From the IMG/VR virus record IMGVR_UViG_3300042298_003052, positions 1-64,000 of that record: a stretch of 64,000 bases of DNA. The stretch is one strand, 5' to 3'. A model generated the notes under the pieces. It did not search any database. It saw nothing but the letters and a program-made list of their open reading frames with translations, and was not told where the DNA came from. Made by a program: the position numbers and the translations under genes. This DNA is from a virus. This document shows, one piece after another, positions 1-9,072 of this stretch (within the stretch, counting starts at the first letter, position 1; each line of letters begins with the position of its first letter).

Positions 1-37
1 TAGAGGGTGCCGGTTAGGCCGAGGGGGTAGAGCATGG

Positions 38-256
38 CTAGCTACTCCTACGCTTGGCAAGTTGCCTAGCAGTGTAAGCTGGTCTCGATTCCCCAATATC
101 CTTATGAATGGGATCTTGCAGAGCACCCACATGGTTGACAGGAGAGGACGGATCCCAGAATCGCTCTAGGTCCGCTAAATCAGATAGCGCTTCAGTCAAG
201 GCAGCTTCGGGCAAACGAGTTAAAATTTCTTGGCATTGTTCACGAAGGTTTGTCAT
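38..256 (-). CDS. small hypothetical protein
   Basis: 72-aa ORF; start overlaps the stop of 253..669 (ATGA coupling); N-terminus is helical and amphipathic. Confidence 0.5.
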   Translation of the reverse strand: MTNLREQCQEILTRLPEAALTEALSDLADLERFWDPSSPVNHVGALQDPIHKDIGESRPAYTARQLAKRRSS

Positions 257-669
257 GGCAACGGCACCCGATCAACGGCAGACTGGGCATCAATGGCAGG
301 GTTGCCCTGATCGTCTTGTAGGGCAAATACTTTCCGCACGGTGCCATCCGGGTTGTATTGGGTGGCGGTGCTATTGGGGTAGTCGATCTTGAAGCGCCCC
401 AGGGTGAAGGCTTGGGCCAGGGCCAGGGTGCTGGCAATGTCTGGGTTCACAGCACCCACCACATCGACCCCAAGCAGCGCCGCTCCAGCATTGGCAAACC
501 AGCGCACTTCGCCGCCTGCATCGGGCAGCTCCACTACCGCCCGCCAGATGCCTCCGCCCAGGTGGGTAGGATTTTGCAAAGCACCCAGGGTGGTGCCGTC
601 GAATAGGCGATACTGCACCCCGCTGGTATAGCGGGAGCCCAGGATCGCTGCACTGGTGATAGTTTGCAT
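253..669 (-). CDS. virion-associated hypothetical protein, paralog of the N-terminus of 5410..6171
   Basis: Coupled to neighbours; shares the QT...Y...DGTT...PD.GG...W pattern with 5410..6171. Confidence 0.6.
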   Translation of the reverse strand: MQTITSAAILGSRYTSGVQYRLFDGTTLGALQNPTHLGGGIWRAVVELPDAGGEVRWFANAGAALLGVDVVGAVNPDIASTLALAQAFTLGRFKIDYPNSTATQYNPDGTVRKVFALQDDQGNPAIDAQSAVDRVPLP

Positions 670-962
670 TAGCTCACCTCCACAGAAGAAATAATCCCGT
701 TGGTACGGGTGTAGCTGGTCGTTCGCGTCAACGACTGGGTATAGTCGTTGTCCACCCTGCCGGTGACGATCCCGTTTGTGCGGGTGAGGGTGATCCGATA
801 TAGCTCGGTGGTCTTGGCGCTATTGGTGTAATAGCTAATTCGCATGGTGGTAGCGGTAGGGTAGGTGACTTCCTTGTAGTGCAGCTCAGGCCGAAAGGCT
901 ACGGCGGGGACAATTGCCGTAGTTTGGAGTTGGCCGTTGGACAGGACAAGGGATTTAGACAT
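669..962 (-). CDS. virion-associated hypothetical protein, paralog of 4111..4473
   Basis: Coupled ORF; shares the IS(Y/W)...S...ELYR...T...G...DY...TR pattern. Confidence 0.6.
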   Translation of the reverse strand: MSKSLVLSNGQLQTTAIVPAVAFRPELHYKEVTYPTATTMRISYYTNSAKTTELYRITLTRTNGIVTGRVDNDYTQSLTRTTSYTRTNGIISSVEVS

Positions 963-1657
963 TAGCTACTCGCAATGGCGGCGATCTCAGACTGGGCAAG
1001 AACGGTGGAATAGAGGCGGAAGTCGTCAATGTCAGCGTTAGCATTTTCAATGCTGAGAAAGTTATTTCCTGTGTAGGAAAAATTCCCCGTCAGGTCTGCT
1101 CGGTTGCTACCTACTGCCGTGCCATTTAAGTAAAGTTGAGGCGAGGAACCATTATATGTAAAGGCAAGATGGTTCCAATTTGTAATGGTAAAGCTTGAAT
1201 TATTGTGCCCGACATCACCTCGACCACTGGCAACAACAACGAACCCTCTGGCAACAGAAGAATTAAACCATAAATTAAACGTATAGTCTGCATCTGGTGT
1301 TGTTCTTTGCAGTCCGACAAATCCAGGACTTCCCCAAACTGGAGGAGAGGCACCACTGAGGCTTTTTATGCGCACCATAACGGTTCCACCGGTGGTCAGG
1401 TTCAATGCTGCATTAGCCGCTACAGTTGCCTTGTCGCTGCTATTAGTAAGCCTCAGGGCGTTGCCAGTGCCGTTGTAGCCAGTTACCCAGCTGTAGCCAG
1501 GGCCGGAGATTGTGGCATTTAACGCGGTCCCACCACTGCCAGCATTCGTTAAGCTGGTACCAGAGCCTTCGTTGAACTGATACCAGACCAATGGCGTCGG
1601 GCCGCTAGCCGTAGCGACGGGTGCAGCTAAGCCTTGCAGTGAGGGGATAAAGAACAT
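962..1657 (-). CDS. LamG/concanavalin A-like lectin domain virion protein
   Basis: WYQFNEGSG, WNHLAFTYNG..LYLNG and IDDFRLY..VL...EI are LamG_3 hallmarks. Confidence 0.85.
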   Translation of the reverse strand: MFFIPSLQGLAAPVATASGPTPLVWYQFNEGSGTSLTNAGSGGTALNATISGPGYSWVTGYNGTGNALRLTNSSDKATVAANAALNLTTGGTVMVRIKSLSGASPPVWGSPGFVGLQRTTPDADYTFNLWFNSSVARGFVVVASGRGDVGHNNSSFTITNWNHLAFTYNGSSPQLYLNGTAVGSNRADLTGNFSYTGNNFLSIENANADIDDFRLYSTVLAQSEIAAIASS

Positions 1658-2460
1658 TAGACCACCACCTGCCCACCGAGAATAAAAGTGTTTGAAGCGG
1701 TGGCGATCAAGGTTGCTACGGCATACTGGCCAGCGGTCTTGGTGGCTCCACCGAAAGCGTTGCGGGTTACCCCGGTCGCTGGGGTGAAAGTAATCTGGCC
1801 TGTCCCCTGCTGAATTATTGAGCAGGAAAAAGTGCTACTCAAGCTAGTTGGAATTGTTAGCGTAACAGCTGTATCTGAGGTAAAGGCAAGAATTGCACCA
1901 TTGTTGGCAGAGGCGAGAGTATGGGTCGCAGACGAAATAGAGGTGATTGCAGAAATTAAATGAAGCGGAGAGGTGACTGCACTTGTAGCAAAAAGATTCC
2001 CGACTGTGGCTGTCATCCCGTCAGCTAGAAATTTACTAATTTGCCATTCGTTGGTAGCAATCTTGAAAATAAGTCCCAAGCCTCGCGGGGGAATTCCGCC
2101 CAAGACAGAGCCCCGATAAGTAACAGTGCCGCCAAAATTGATTGGCGCGCTAGCGTTACTGTTGTATATCCAAATACGAGATCCAATCGGAAAATTGACT
2201 GAACTATCCAAGGGTACGGTAACCACACCGGCATCGCCTGTAATTAAGCGATCCACGTCGCTTAACGCCAGCGTTATTGACCCGCCGCCCGTGCTCTGGC
2301 CATTAATAAAACTGGCGGAAGAAAATTCCACCATAGCCGAAGTGCCCTTGACATAGAGCCGTCCGGCTGTCGGGTCAAAAGCGGGTTCAGCCGCATCCCA
2401 ATTAGCAGCGGTCGGCACCCCGCTGCCCTGGCGTAGCAAGATTTTGTACTTGCGCGGCAT
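1657..2460 (-). CDS. tail fibre/decoration protein
   Basis: N-terminal fibre anchor (LRQG..P...AEPAFD...LYV); two beta-rich modules (vTvP......FpIG..I.I..). Confidence 0.7.
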   Translation of the reverse strand: MPRKYKILLRQGSGVPTAANWDAAEPAFDPTAGRLYVKGTSAMVEFSSASFINGQSTGGGSITLALSDVDRLITGDAGVVTVPLDSSVNFPIGSRIWIYNSNASAPINFGGTVTYRGSVLGGIPPRGLGLIFKIATNEWQISKFLADGMTATVGNLFATSAVTSPLHLISAITSISSATHTLASANNGAILAFTSDTAVTLTIPTSLSSTFSCSIIQQGTGQITFTPATGVTRNAFGGATKTAGQYAVATLIATASNTFILGGQVVV

Positions 2461-3866
2461 TAGAATGTGCCTCCATCAATGGTTATCGCCCAGGAAATCG
2501 TGTCGCTGGCCGCATCATAGGCCAGAATGCCATCAACACTGCCACCGCCATCTAGAGCGCTAATGGTGTCCAAGGTATTGGCAATTAGGACAGAGCCCTT
2601 GGGGACGGTGGTTAGGCCCGTACCGCCACGGGTAGCAGTAATGGCAGTAGCGCTCCAGGTGCCAGTGGTAATGCTGCCAACGGTCGTGATTGTGTTTTGC
2701 CCAACATAATCGCCAGCAATGTCAATGGTGTCTGCATTCACCACAATTCGACTGGCTGTGCCACCAACATCTAGGGTGTTGCCTGTCTTGGTTAGGCCAG
2801 CTCCGGCTACTACCTGCCCTGCCCCTGAGAATTGGGCAAAAGTTAAGCCAGTGGTGTCTATGGTAATCGGACTATTAGTAGTCAGCACCCAGCCTGAATC
2901 CGCGTTGACAGTACCTTCCTCAACAAAGGTAAAAGCACCTGCGGTAAGGTTGGTGGCACTGTTGGCATCGGCGGCGCGAGTCCACGCACTAGCAGCTACC
3001 ACGTAAATGCCGTTTTGGGAGCCAGTAGACTGGTTTTTAACCAGTACTCTGTCTCCAGCAATGACAGAAACTCCGTCAATCGTCTGAGGAGCACTTAAAG
3101 TAATGTTGGCTGTGGTAGCTGCGCGGACAGATTGTTTTACGTCTAACCCTTGGGAAATTGCATCCACATAGGCTTTCGTCGCCGCGTCTTGAGCGCCAGA
3201 GGGATCGGCTAAACCTGTTATTCGTTGGCTATTGAAAGCTACTGACACAGTGGGAGCTGCCATCTGGTCTAATCGACTGGTCCGCACCTGGGTGTCGAAG
3301 TCGCTGATCTTAGCCGCCGTCAATGCAGGAATATCCCCCGCCACCAAGGCCCTAAAAGTGGGCGCTCCAGCCGTGGCCGCAGGGGCGGCAAACACTTGGG
3401 CGGCTGTCTGGCTGGCTAGAGTGGCTGTCAGGGTGCCGCTGCCGGTCACTGGCGATCCAGAGACGGTGAACAGGTCAGGTAGCGATAGTGCCACGCTGGT
3501 GACGGTGCCACCCCCAACAGCACTAACGACTGATTTCACGTAGGCTGTAGTGGCTAACCGGGTAGAATCATCGCTGGAGGACTGGGTGACGCCTGTAGCG
3601 CTGTTAGTGCCGGTGCCAGAGAATACGCAGGGGCTATTAAAAGTTTTTATGCCAGAGACAGTCTGAGTTGTTCCCAGGGTGACATAGGCACCAGAGCCAG
3701 CAATGGCCTCGATAGTGGTAGCGGTTCCACCTGCTCCGCCAGTGCCTTTACCATAGTACAAAGTATTATCAGCCTCGTTGAAGGCTAGTTCAGCATTGGC
3801 TAGGCTGGAAGGCGCTCCAGCCGCACCAGTAGAAGCGCGTCGTTTGATCCTCAAAGTGTTAGGCAT
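2460..3866 (-). CDS. tail fibre protein
   Basis: Mtd_N-like start (AELAFNEADNTLYYG); ATTAYV, DAATKAYVD and SVRAATTANITLS..TIDGV..GDRVLVKNQ..NGIY motifs; C-terminal DGGTF. Confidence 0.8.
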   Translation of the reverse strand: MPNTLRIKRRASTGAAGAPSSLANAELAFNEADNTLYYGKGTGGAGGTATTIEAIAGSGAYVTLGTTQTVSGIKTFNSPCVFSGTGTNSATGVTQSSSDDSTRLATTAYVKSVVSAVGGGTVTSVALSLPDLFTVSGSPVTGSGTLTATLASQTAAQVFAAPAATAGAPTFRALVAGDIPALTAAKISDFDTQVRTSRLDQMAAPTVSVAFNSQRITGLADPSGAQDAATKAYVDAISQGLDVKQSVRAATTANITLSAPQTIDGVSVIAGDRVLVKNQSTGSQNGIYVVAASAWTRAADANSATNLTAGAFTFVEEGTVNADSGWVLTTNSPITIDTTGLTFAQFSGAGQVVAGAGLTKTGNTLDVGGTASRIVVNADTIDIAGDYVGQNTITTVGSITTGTWSATAITATRGGTGLTTVPKGSVLIANTLDTISALDGGGSVDGILAYDAASDTISWAITIDGGTF

Positions 3867-4114
3867 TAGAAGTTACCTCCATCGGTAAGAGTTTCGGTGG
3901 TGTTCTGATCGGTGATAGTCAATTGTCCAGACTGCCAAACAGCGATGGAACCGTTAACAGGATTGGTGGTGGTAATTGCCAAGTTCGCTGGTAGCCCTAG
4001 GGCTGTTTTAAGCTGCGCTAGAGTGGCATAACCTAGACTACTGTCCGCGCTGGTGCCATTGCTGACAAGGGCATGGGTGGGGGTGGCAACTGCTTGCCGT
4101 AGTTGTTTTGTCAC
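3866..4114 (-). CDS. small virion protein
   Basis: Likely start is the GTG at 4114 overlapping the upstream TGA (GTGA); ends in DGGNF like the adjacent fibre. Confidence 0.6.
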   Translation of the reverse strand: MTKQLRQAVATPTHALVSNGTSADSSLGYATLAQLKTALGLPANLAITTTNPVNGSIAVWQSGQLTITDQNTTETLTDGGNF

Positions 4115-4473
4115 CAGGTCACCTCCTCGGTATCCCATAGAATAGGCAAAGTGCCCCAAAGTACTGGTACGTCAGTACATATCCCTACCTCTATCTGAAA
4201 TGCGCCGCCTACTTTGGCTAGCGTTCTACAGCGAGTGACGTTGTACACGTAATCGGTGTGCTTAGCCAGGGTAGGCAGGCCAGAGCCCCAGGTGATCTCC
4301 TTGCGGTATAGCTCCTGGCCTCTACCGCTGTCGCTGAACCAGCTAATCTGGGTGATCCGGCCATTGCCATCCCTGGTAATGTCACGGATACACGGATCAC
4401 GGCGCTTGGCCGCCGCTGATATAAAGTCAGCAGTGGCCAAAGCTGCGTTAACTAGCTGAATTGCCTTTGCCAT
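4111..4473 (-). CDS. virion-associated hypothetical protein, paralog of 669..962
   Basis: Operon position and similarity to 669..962. Confidence 0.6.
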   Translation of the reverse strand: MAKAIQLVNAALATADFISAAAKRRDPCIRDITRDGNGRITQISWFSDSGRGQELYRKEITWGSGLPTLAKHTDYVYNVTRCRTLAKVGGAFQIEVGICTDVPVLWGTLPILWDTEEVTW

Positions 4474-4477
4474 GGCG

Positions 4478-4999
4478 CTACACCACTGTCAATTTGATCG
4501 GTCTATCATATTCAAAAAGAATCGACGTAGGCGAGAGGGCGTGGCCTAGGGGCTGGAGGAGCACATCCGGGCCAGCGGTGGCGGGTTGAGTAGATGAAAA
4601 GCCTCCGGGAGTCGTGGCGCTTAGGTACACTGGCCCTACTGATGCGCTAATGACACCAGTATTGCGGCCAGTCAAGTAAATCGTGGCGTTAGCAGGCGAT
4701 GTAACCGCTGTCAGGACATAGCCCCGTGCTTCTCGCCCATTGCTGGCGTCCGCTTTACGTGCCTTAACAGTGCCACTATCATCAAAGATATTGATGAAAT
4801 CGCCAGTGGCTAGGTTTTCGCTAGTCGGCAAGACTACTGTTTGCAGGTCAATACCGCTAGGCAGAAAGGTAGGGCTAAGTGTCCCGTTTGTATCAAGTGA
4901 AGGTATTTTATTGGCGTCGGCTACTCCAGCACTGGTAGTGACTGCTTGAGTAAGGATGGTGTTGCCGTTTACGACGGTCAGAAACTTATTTGTGCTCAT
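4478..4999 (-). CDS. capsid cement/head-fibre-like protein
   Basis: SENL..GD.IN...KADA...A.G.V...G.VYLS..PG...P...Q.LG.A pattern of decoration/cement proteins. Confidence 0.6.
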   Translation of the reverse strand: MSTNKFLTVVNGNTILTQAVTTSAGVADANKIPSLDTNGTLSPTFLPSGIDLQTVVLPTSENLATGDFINIFDDSGTVKARKADASNGREARGYVLTAVTSPANATIYLTGRNTGVISASVGPVYLSATTPGGFSSTQPATAGPDVLLQPLGHALSPTSILFEYDRPIKLTVV

Positions 5000-5002
5000 G
5001 GC

Positions 5003-5401
5003 TTAACCTCCTAAAAGAATGGGAACAGGTTGAACGAGGTTGATCACGGTCGGGGAAATAGGCTGGGCTAGCACTAGCAGAAAACCCGTTGTCGGTGGCG
5101 TCTGGGTAAGCTGGCCGTTAGCGCCCAGGTAGATAGGGCTACCCCTGGCCCAGTTCCACACCGCATCGGTGATTTCCCCTAGCCTGTAGGCAACCCCTTC
5201 GGTGCCTTGGCTGATCGCATAGGGCAAGATGCCAGCGACTCGGTAGGCATGGTCGGGGTTGCCACTGTCTGCATAGGCAAACTGGCCTGCATTGTCGAGG
5301 ATGACCGCCCTGAGGGCCGATAGGTTGATGCTGGCGGTGGCGGTGGTAACCGCATCGCCGAGGTCAGGGAGTAATGAGATTGCCTTGTAAATAACGCCCA
5401 T
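5003..5401 (-). CDS. capsid cement/decoration-like protein
   Basis: W.W..G.PIYLG.NG.LTQTPP..G motif common in phage virion proteins. Confidence 0.6.
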   Translation of the reverse strand: MGVIYKAISLLPDLGDAVTTATASINLSALRAVILDNAGQFAYADSGNPDHAYRVAGILPYAISQGTEGVAYRLGEITDAVWNWARGSPIYLGANGQLTQTPPTTGFLLVLAQPISPTVINLVQPVPILLGG

Positions 5402-5409
5402 AGCTCCTC

Positions 5410-6171
5410 CTATAGCACCAATGCCGTAATGTCGTCAGCCTTGGCGTTGAGTGTATCCACACTCGCCTGACTAGCCTTGGCATCCAGGCTGGCCTGAGTC
5501 GCTAAGCCTGCCTGGATCTCGGTCACTGCACTAGCGGCAATAGCGTCGGCGTCAAATGCGTCAGTAGCAATAGCATTTGCCGTGATCACATTGTTGTTAA
5601 TGGTGCCTACGGTTATCGCCCCGGTGACACTACCTACGGCACCGGTGACACTGCCCACAGCACCAGTTACGCTACCGACTGATCCGGTAGTACTAAAAGT
5701 CTGGGAGCTGGCAAGGTTGAAACTGTCCTTATCCGTGAGTGCCCTGGTAGCATGGGTCCAGATTTGCGTAGTCGTGGGAATATCACCAACGGCTGCGGGG
5801 GCTGTTGGCAGGTTCGTGGTCTTGCTGCTGATGGCAGATAGCTGCGTATCCAGATTGGCGCTAGCCAGCCCCAGGGCAGCGCGGATGCCTGCCGCTTGGT
5901 CTGCTTGGTTGGGCGCAGGCTCAATCGCTACGGCACTCAGGAAAGTCCCCGACGAACCGGCATTGTTCAAGTACCACTCCAGCGTCCCTCCATCGTCAGG
6001 GGCGGTGATGCCACCATTCACTCGGTAATAGCCAGTAGCAGAAACCTCCGTTACCCCTGTGGTGGTAAAGGCTGTGGCAATGGTCGTGCCATCAACCGCA
6101 CGGATTTGGTAACCAACGCTTTGGCTAGCTCGGGTGGGGGCAACAAGGGCGGCGGGGAGAGTTTGGGTCAT
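5410..6171 (-). CDS. virion/fibre protein with GSVTGAV repeats
   Basis: Ala/Thr-rich; heptad repeats; sits in the fibre operon. Confidence 0.65.
   Translation of the reverse strand: MTQTLPAALVAPTRASQSVGYQIRAVDGTTIATAFTTTGVTEVSATGYYRVNGGITAPDDGGTLEWYLNNAGSSGTFLSAVAIEPAPNQADQAAGIRAALGLASANLDTQLSAISSKTTNLPTAPAAVGDIPTTTQIWTHATRALTDKDSFNLASSQTFSTTGSVGSVTGAVGSVTGAVGSVTGAITVGTINNNVITANAIATDAFDADAIAASAVTEIQAGLATQASLDAKASQASVDTLNAKADDITALVL
5615..5690 (-). repeat. 21-bp coding tandem repeat (GSVTGAV, about 3 copies)
   Basis: In-frame repeat with synonymous variation. Confidence 0.7.
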
Positions 6172-6491
6172 TATCTTAACCCTAGGCTTTTAAGGGTCTG
6201 AGATTGCGCTGCCTGCGCCTCGGCATCTTTTACCGCTTGCAGGAGTGCTGCAATAGCCGAGAAGGGCTCAGTTTGAAATTGCTCTGCAATAATCGCCCAA
6301 CCAGGGTTAGCAATTGCAGCGGCATTCGCGGCTTCCACGGATGGATAGAATTTGTCGATACCTGGAACTAAAGGCCCTGCTACTATTGCGCCTGAAACCG
6401 GGTCAGCAACAACATCGGACCAATACGCCTGAAGGGTTACCTTCCCCTCAGTTGGGGAAATATCGCATTGAAATCGGGATAATTGTTCCAT
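6171..6491 (-). CDS. hypothetical protein, possible fibre chaperone
   Basis: Likely start is the ATG at 6491 (MEQLS), just after the fibre gene stop. Confidence 0.55.
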   Translation of the reverse strand: MEQLSRFQCDISPTEGKVTLQAYWSDVVADPVSGAIVAGPLVPGIDKFYPSVEAANAAAIANPGWAIIAEQFQTEPFSAIAALLQAVKDAEAQAAQSQTLKSLGLR

Positions 6492-6496
6492 AGAAA

Positions 6497-7576
6497 TTAC
6501 CAAGTAGAAATAGCGACTCGTTTCCAAGCATTTGTAGCCGTGCAAACGTAGATATAGTCAGTGTCCCAGCGGATTTGCCCCGCTGTTCCCGTTGCCGCAG
6601 CACTAGCAGGAGTGCCAGATTGCACAGCTCCGAGACCGTTGATCTGGCCTCCTACATGCAGAGCACCTGCAATACCAGCACCACCTGCGGTAACTAGCGC
6701 CCCTGTCGTAGTGCTGGTACTTGCCGTTGTGGCAGTGCCGTTAATCTGCCCCCCTACATTGACTGCGCCCTGAGCACCTAACCCGCCGGCAACACGCAAC
6801 GCGCCTGTAGTGGTGCTAGTGCTTGCGCTTGTGCTTCTAATGTTTAACTCACCTTTTAAGCCAGCATTCCCACTTCCCAGAATGGAAAATAACAAGCTTG
6901 GTGAAGTTAAAGAACCGAGTTCTTGATAACTATTCCAAAATGCAAAACAAAGCAAATCATCGCGTAGCAATGTAGCGGTCTCATTTGTGTCTCTCGCGTT
7001 AAAATTTACTACACCAAGGTCAGCTGTAGCAGTAGGAGGATATAATCCAATAAACCCCAGGCATGACGCTTGGTTAATTTGATTTGGGTTGTTTTTAGCG
7101 GTGAAAAATGGCACGAAAGAATCGGATACAGCTGTGCCATTGCTAACATTAAAATATCCCGCCCCTTTTCTGAAATATAATCCATTACTGTAATTTGATT
7201 GATTATTAGGCAGATTAATATTTAATCCGGTTTCTACAAAATTTTGGCTTCTCAGATTAATATCTAGTTCATTGCCGATCACCGCCTTGCCCGTGCCATT
7301 TGGAGTTAAAGAGATATTGCCATTTGCACCCGAGGCAAATGTCAATGCCTCAGTTCCCGTGATTGAGCCGGTCTGGGTGCCAGTACCGCCACTAGCTACC
7401 GGAATAGGCAAAGCCGGGGCACCACTTAGGTTAGAGTAGGCAACTTGCTCAGCCTGCCATCGCCCAGCCGCCTGATTCCACACCAAGGCCTTCCCATTGT
7501 CACCAGATACCGGAGCGGTGCTTGATACGTTAGTTAAATCTTGTAGCTGCGAGGGGGACAGATACGCTGTTGGCAC
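6497..7576 (-). CDS. tail fibre protein
   Basis: L.DL.NV...LVWN...W start; STSTTTGAL...GG.G..G repeats; C-terminal P...A.G.AGQI.WD..YIYVCTATN.WKR motif. Confidence 0.8.
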   Translation of the reverse strand: MPTAYLSPSQLQDLTNVSSTAPVSGDNGKALVWNQAAGRWQAEQVAYSNLSGAPALPIPVASGGTGTQTGSITGTEALTFASGANGNISLTPNGTGKAVIGNELDINLRSQNFVETGLNINLPNNQSNYSNGLYFRKGAGYFNVSNGTAVSDSFVPFFTAKNNPNQINQASCLGFIGLYPPTATADLGVVNFNARDTNETATLLRDDLLCFAFWNSYQELGSLTSPSLLFSILGSGNAGLKGELNIRSTSASTSTTTGALRVAGGLGAQGAVNVGGQINGTATTASTSTTTGALVTAGGAGIAGALHVGGQINGLGAVQSGTPASAAATGTAGQIRWDTDYIYVCTATNAWKRVAISTW

Positions 7577-7589
7577 TACTCCAGCCCTC

Positions 7590-7690
7590 CATTTAGTCCA
7601 AAGTTAGTCCAGCCACGGCACAGCCCCACCGCAACCCCGCTATAGTCAAGGGTTTCAGGCGTTGAATAGTTGCGGGGAGAGCAGATAATC
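7590..7690. other. compositional junction with att-like features
   Basis: TTAGTCCA direct repeats (7593, 7604); imperfect palindrome AACCCC-N9-AGGGTT; CCGCAAC/GTTGCGG inverted repeat; abrupt GC drop immediately after. Confidence 0.4.
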
Positions 7691-7832
7691 AATAACATAG
7701 AGACCGATCTATATATAAAAGAGTTGCAATGTAGATCCATCAACATATCTAATTGTTTATCTACTTTGACACCGTTCACGACCTAAAAAAATTATCATTT
7801 GATCGCATGATAAAATTAGACAAAATAGAAAA

Positions 7833-8531
7833 GTGGCAACATTGTATCTATATTTATCGCCAGAATTTCCCGCCGATTTAGCAGGTGAGTTAATAGAGTT
7901 AACCACAAAGCCTGGTAAAGATGATACTTATTGGTTGATGGGAACTTTACCTTATTGTGATATTCAACTTAAACCTACAGATAACAAAAAGGAATTACTT
8001 CACTATCGAGCAATATCAAGAATACAATGCACAATTAAACACGAATACAAAACCGGCTTGTATATGATATTGGATGGAGGTATATACATAGATGAGAAAG
8101 ACAGTTCTGCTAAAGCTGTAAGACCTTCATCCAACGGTGTATGGTTAAATGGGGAAAGACTGTTACCAAAAGATTGGGCAACGATAAACTATAACGATAG
8201 AATTCATTTTGGTAATGATAAAAAAATAATCGTAAAGCAATCGCCTTACGATACATCCAATGAAGATATATGGAATGATGAACAGTGGCGATGTGGTCCT
8301 TACAAAGAAGAACCTTGTTCACCTATAGAAGACGGTTCTCCTTTAATGAAACATGCTAAAGAAAACGCTTCACCATGGACTATTTTAAGTGATGTATTCA
8401 CATGGTTAAAAACGCCTAGCGCATCTTGGTTGGAACAAATCACAAAATTATTCCTTATAGGACTAGGAGTTTCTATTTTAATCTCTGATGAAATAGAACC
8501 TTTACTAAAATGGTTGTTCCAACAAAAATAA
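7833..8531 (+). CDS. FHA-domain protein with C-terminal membrane anchor
   Basis: G...CDIQL, ISR.QC.I, Y.I.DG, SSNGVWLNG, ND.IHFG; hydrophobic C-terminal helix. Confidence 0.75.
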   Translation: MATLYLYLSPEFPADLAGELIELTTKPGKDDTYWLMGTLPYCDIQLKPTDNKKELLHYRAISRIQCTIKHEYKTGLYMILDGGIYIDEKDSSAKAVRPSSNGVWLNGERLLPKDWATINYNDRIHFGNDKKIIVKQSPYDTSNEDIWNDEQWRCGPYKEEPCSPIEDGSPLMKHAKENASPWTILSDVFTWLKTPSASWLEQITKLFLIGLGVSILISDEIEPLLKWLFQQK

Positions 8532-8532
8532 T

Positions 8533-9072
8533 TTAAGCATCTCCTAAAAATAAAATTTTTATAGGATTCAAAATGCGATCGCATATAATATGTGCCAGAT
8601 CGCTTAAAACACAAGAACCATACCAACATAGGATCATATATCCAACCTCATTAGGCAACCGGAGATCTCCCAAAATTACAGGTTGTACTAATAGGACATC
8701 TAAATTAAAGATCGCTAACAAACCCAATACAACAAACCAATAACCAATAAGGAACCTAACAAGAGTACCAAATACTAACGTGTGGCTGAACATACCACGA
8801 TGTCTGACATTTTTCGCATAGATACGCCAGTATATACCTAATAGACCTTTACGTGTAGGAATGTCCATGTCAGGACCAGCCCAACGCTCATGTATGCTGA
8901 ACTGTATAGGAGAAAGGAGAAGAGCTGTTATCCACCAAGGTTTAATAAGGTCTAATCTGTTATTTTCATAAAATATGTGTATCAGTGATATAAGTATAAC
9001 TACTAGACCTAGTGACAATCCTCTTGACACTATATTATTAAAACGAAGATGTTCTCTACGTCCAGTTTTCAC
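8533..9072 (-). CDS. metal-binding membrane protein (DUF2227 / LexA-binding hydrolase-like)
   Basis: GR.H, PDMD, HRG.FSH and H...D motifs; several TM segments. Confidence 0.7.
   Translation of the reverse strand: MKTGRREHLRFNNIVSRGLSLGLVVILISLIHIFYENNRLDLIKPWWITALLLSPIQFSIHERWAGPDMDIPTRKGLLGIYWRIYAKNVRHRGMFSHTLVFGTLVRFLIGYWFVVLGLLAIFNLDVLLVQPVILGDLRLPNEVGYMILCWYGSCVLSDLAHIICDRILNPIKILFLGDA

Noticed and set aside
108-6773. Plus-strand ORFs over the fibre cassette (e.g. 2719..3006, 5582..6028)
   Set aside because: Antisense shadows of Ala/Thr/Gly-rich genes on a tightly coupled minus-strand operon.
1-7576. Diversity-generating retroelement or invertible shufflon acting on fibre genes
   Set aside because: No reverse transcriptase, invertase, TR/VR pair or inverted crossover sites seen in the window.
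7660-7700. tRNA gene at the junction
   Set aside because: Only about 10 nt resemble a tRNA 3' end; there is no T-loop or cloverleaf. No tRNA was recognised elsewhere by eye.
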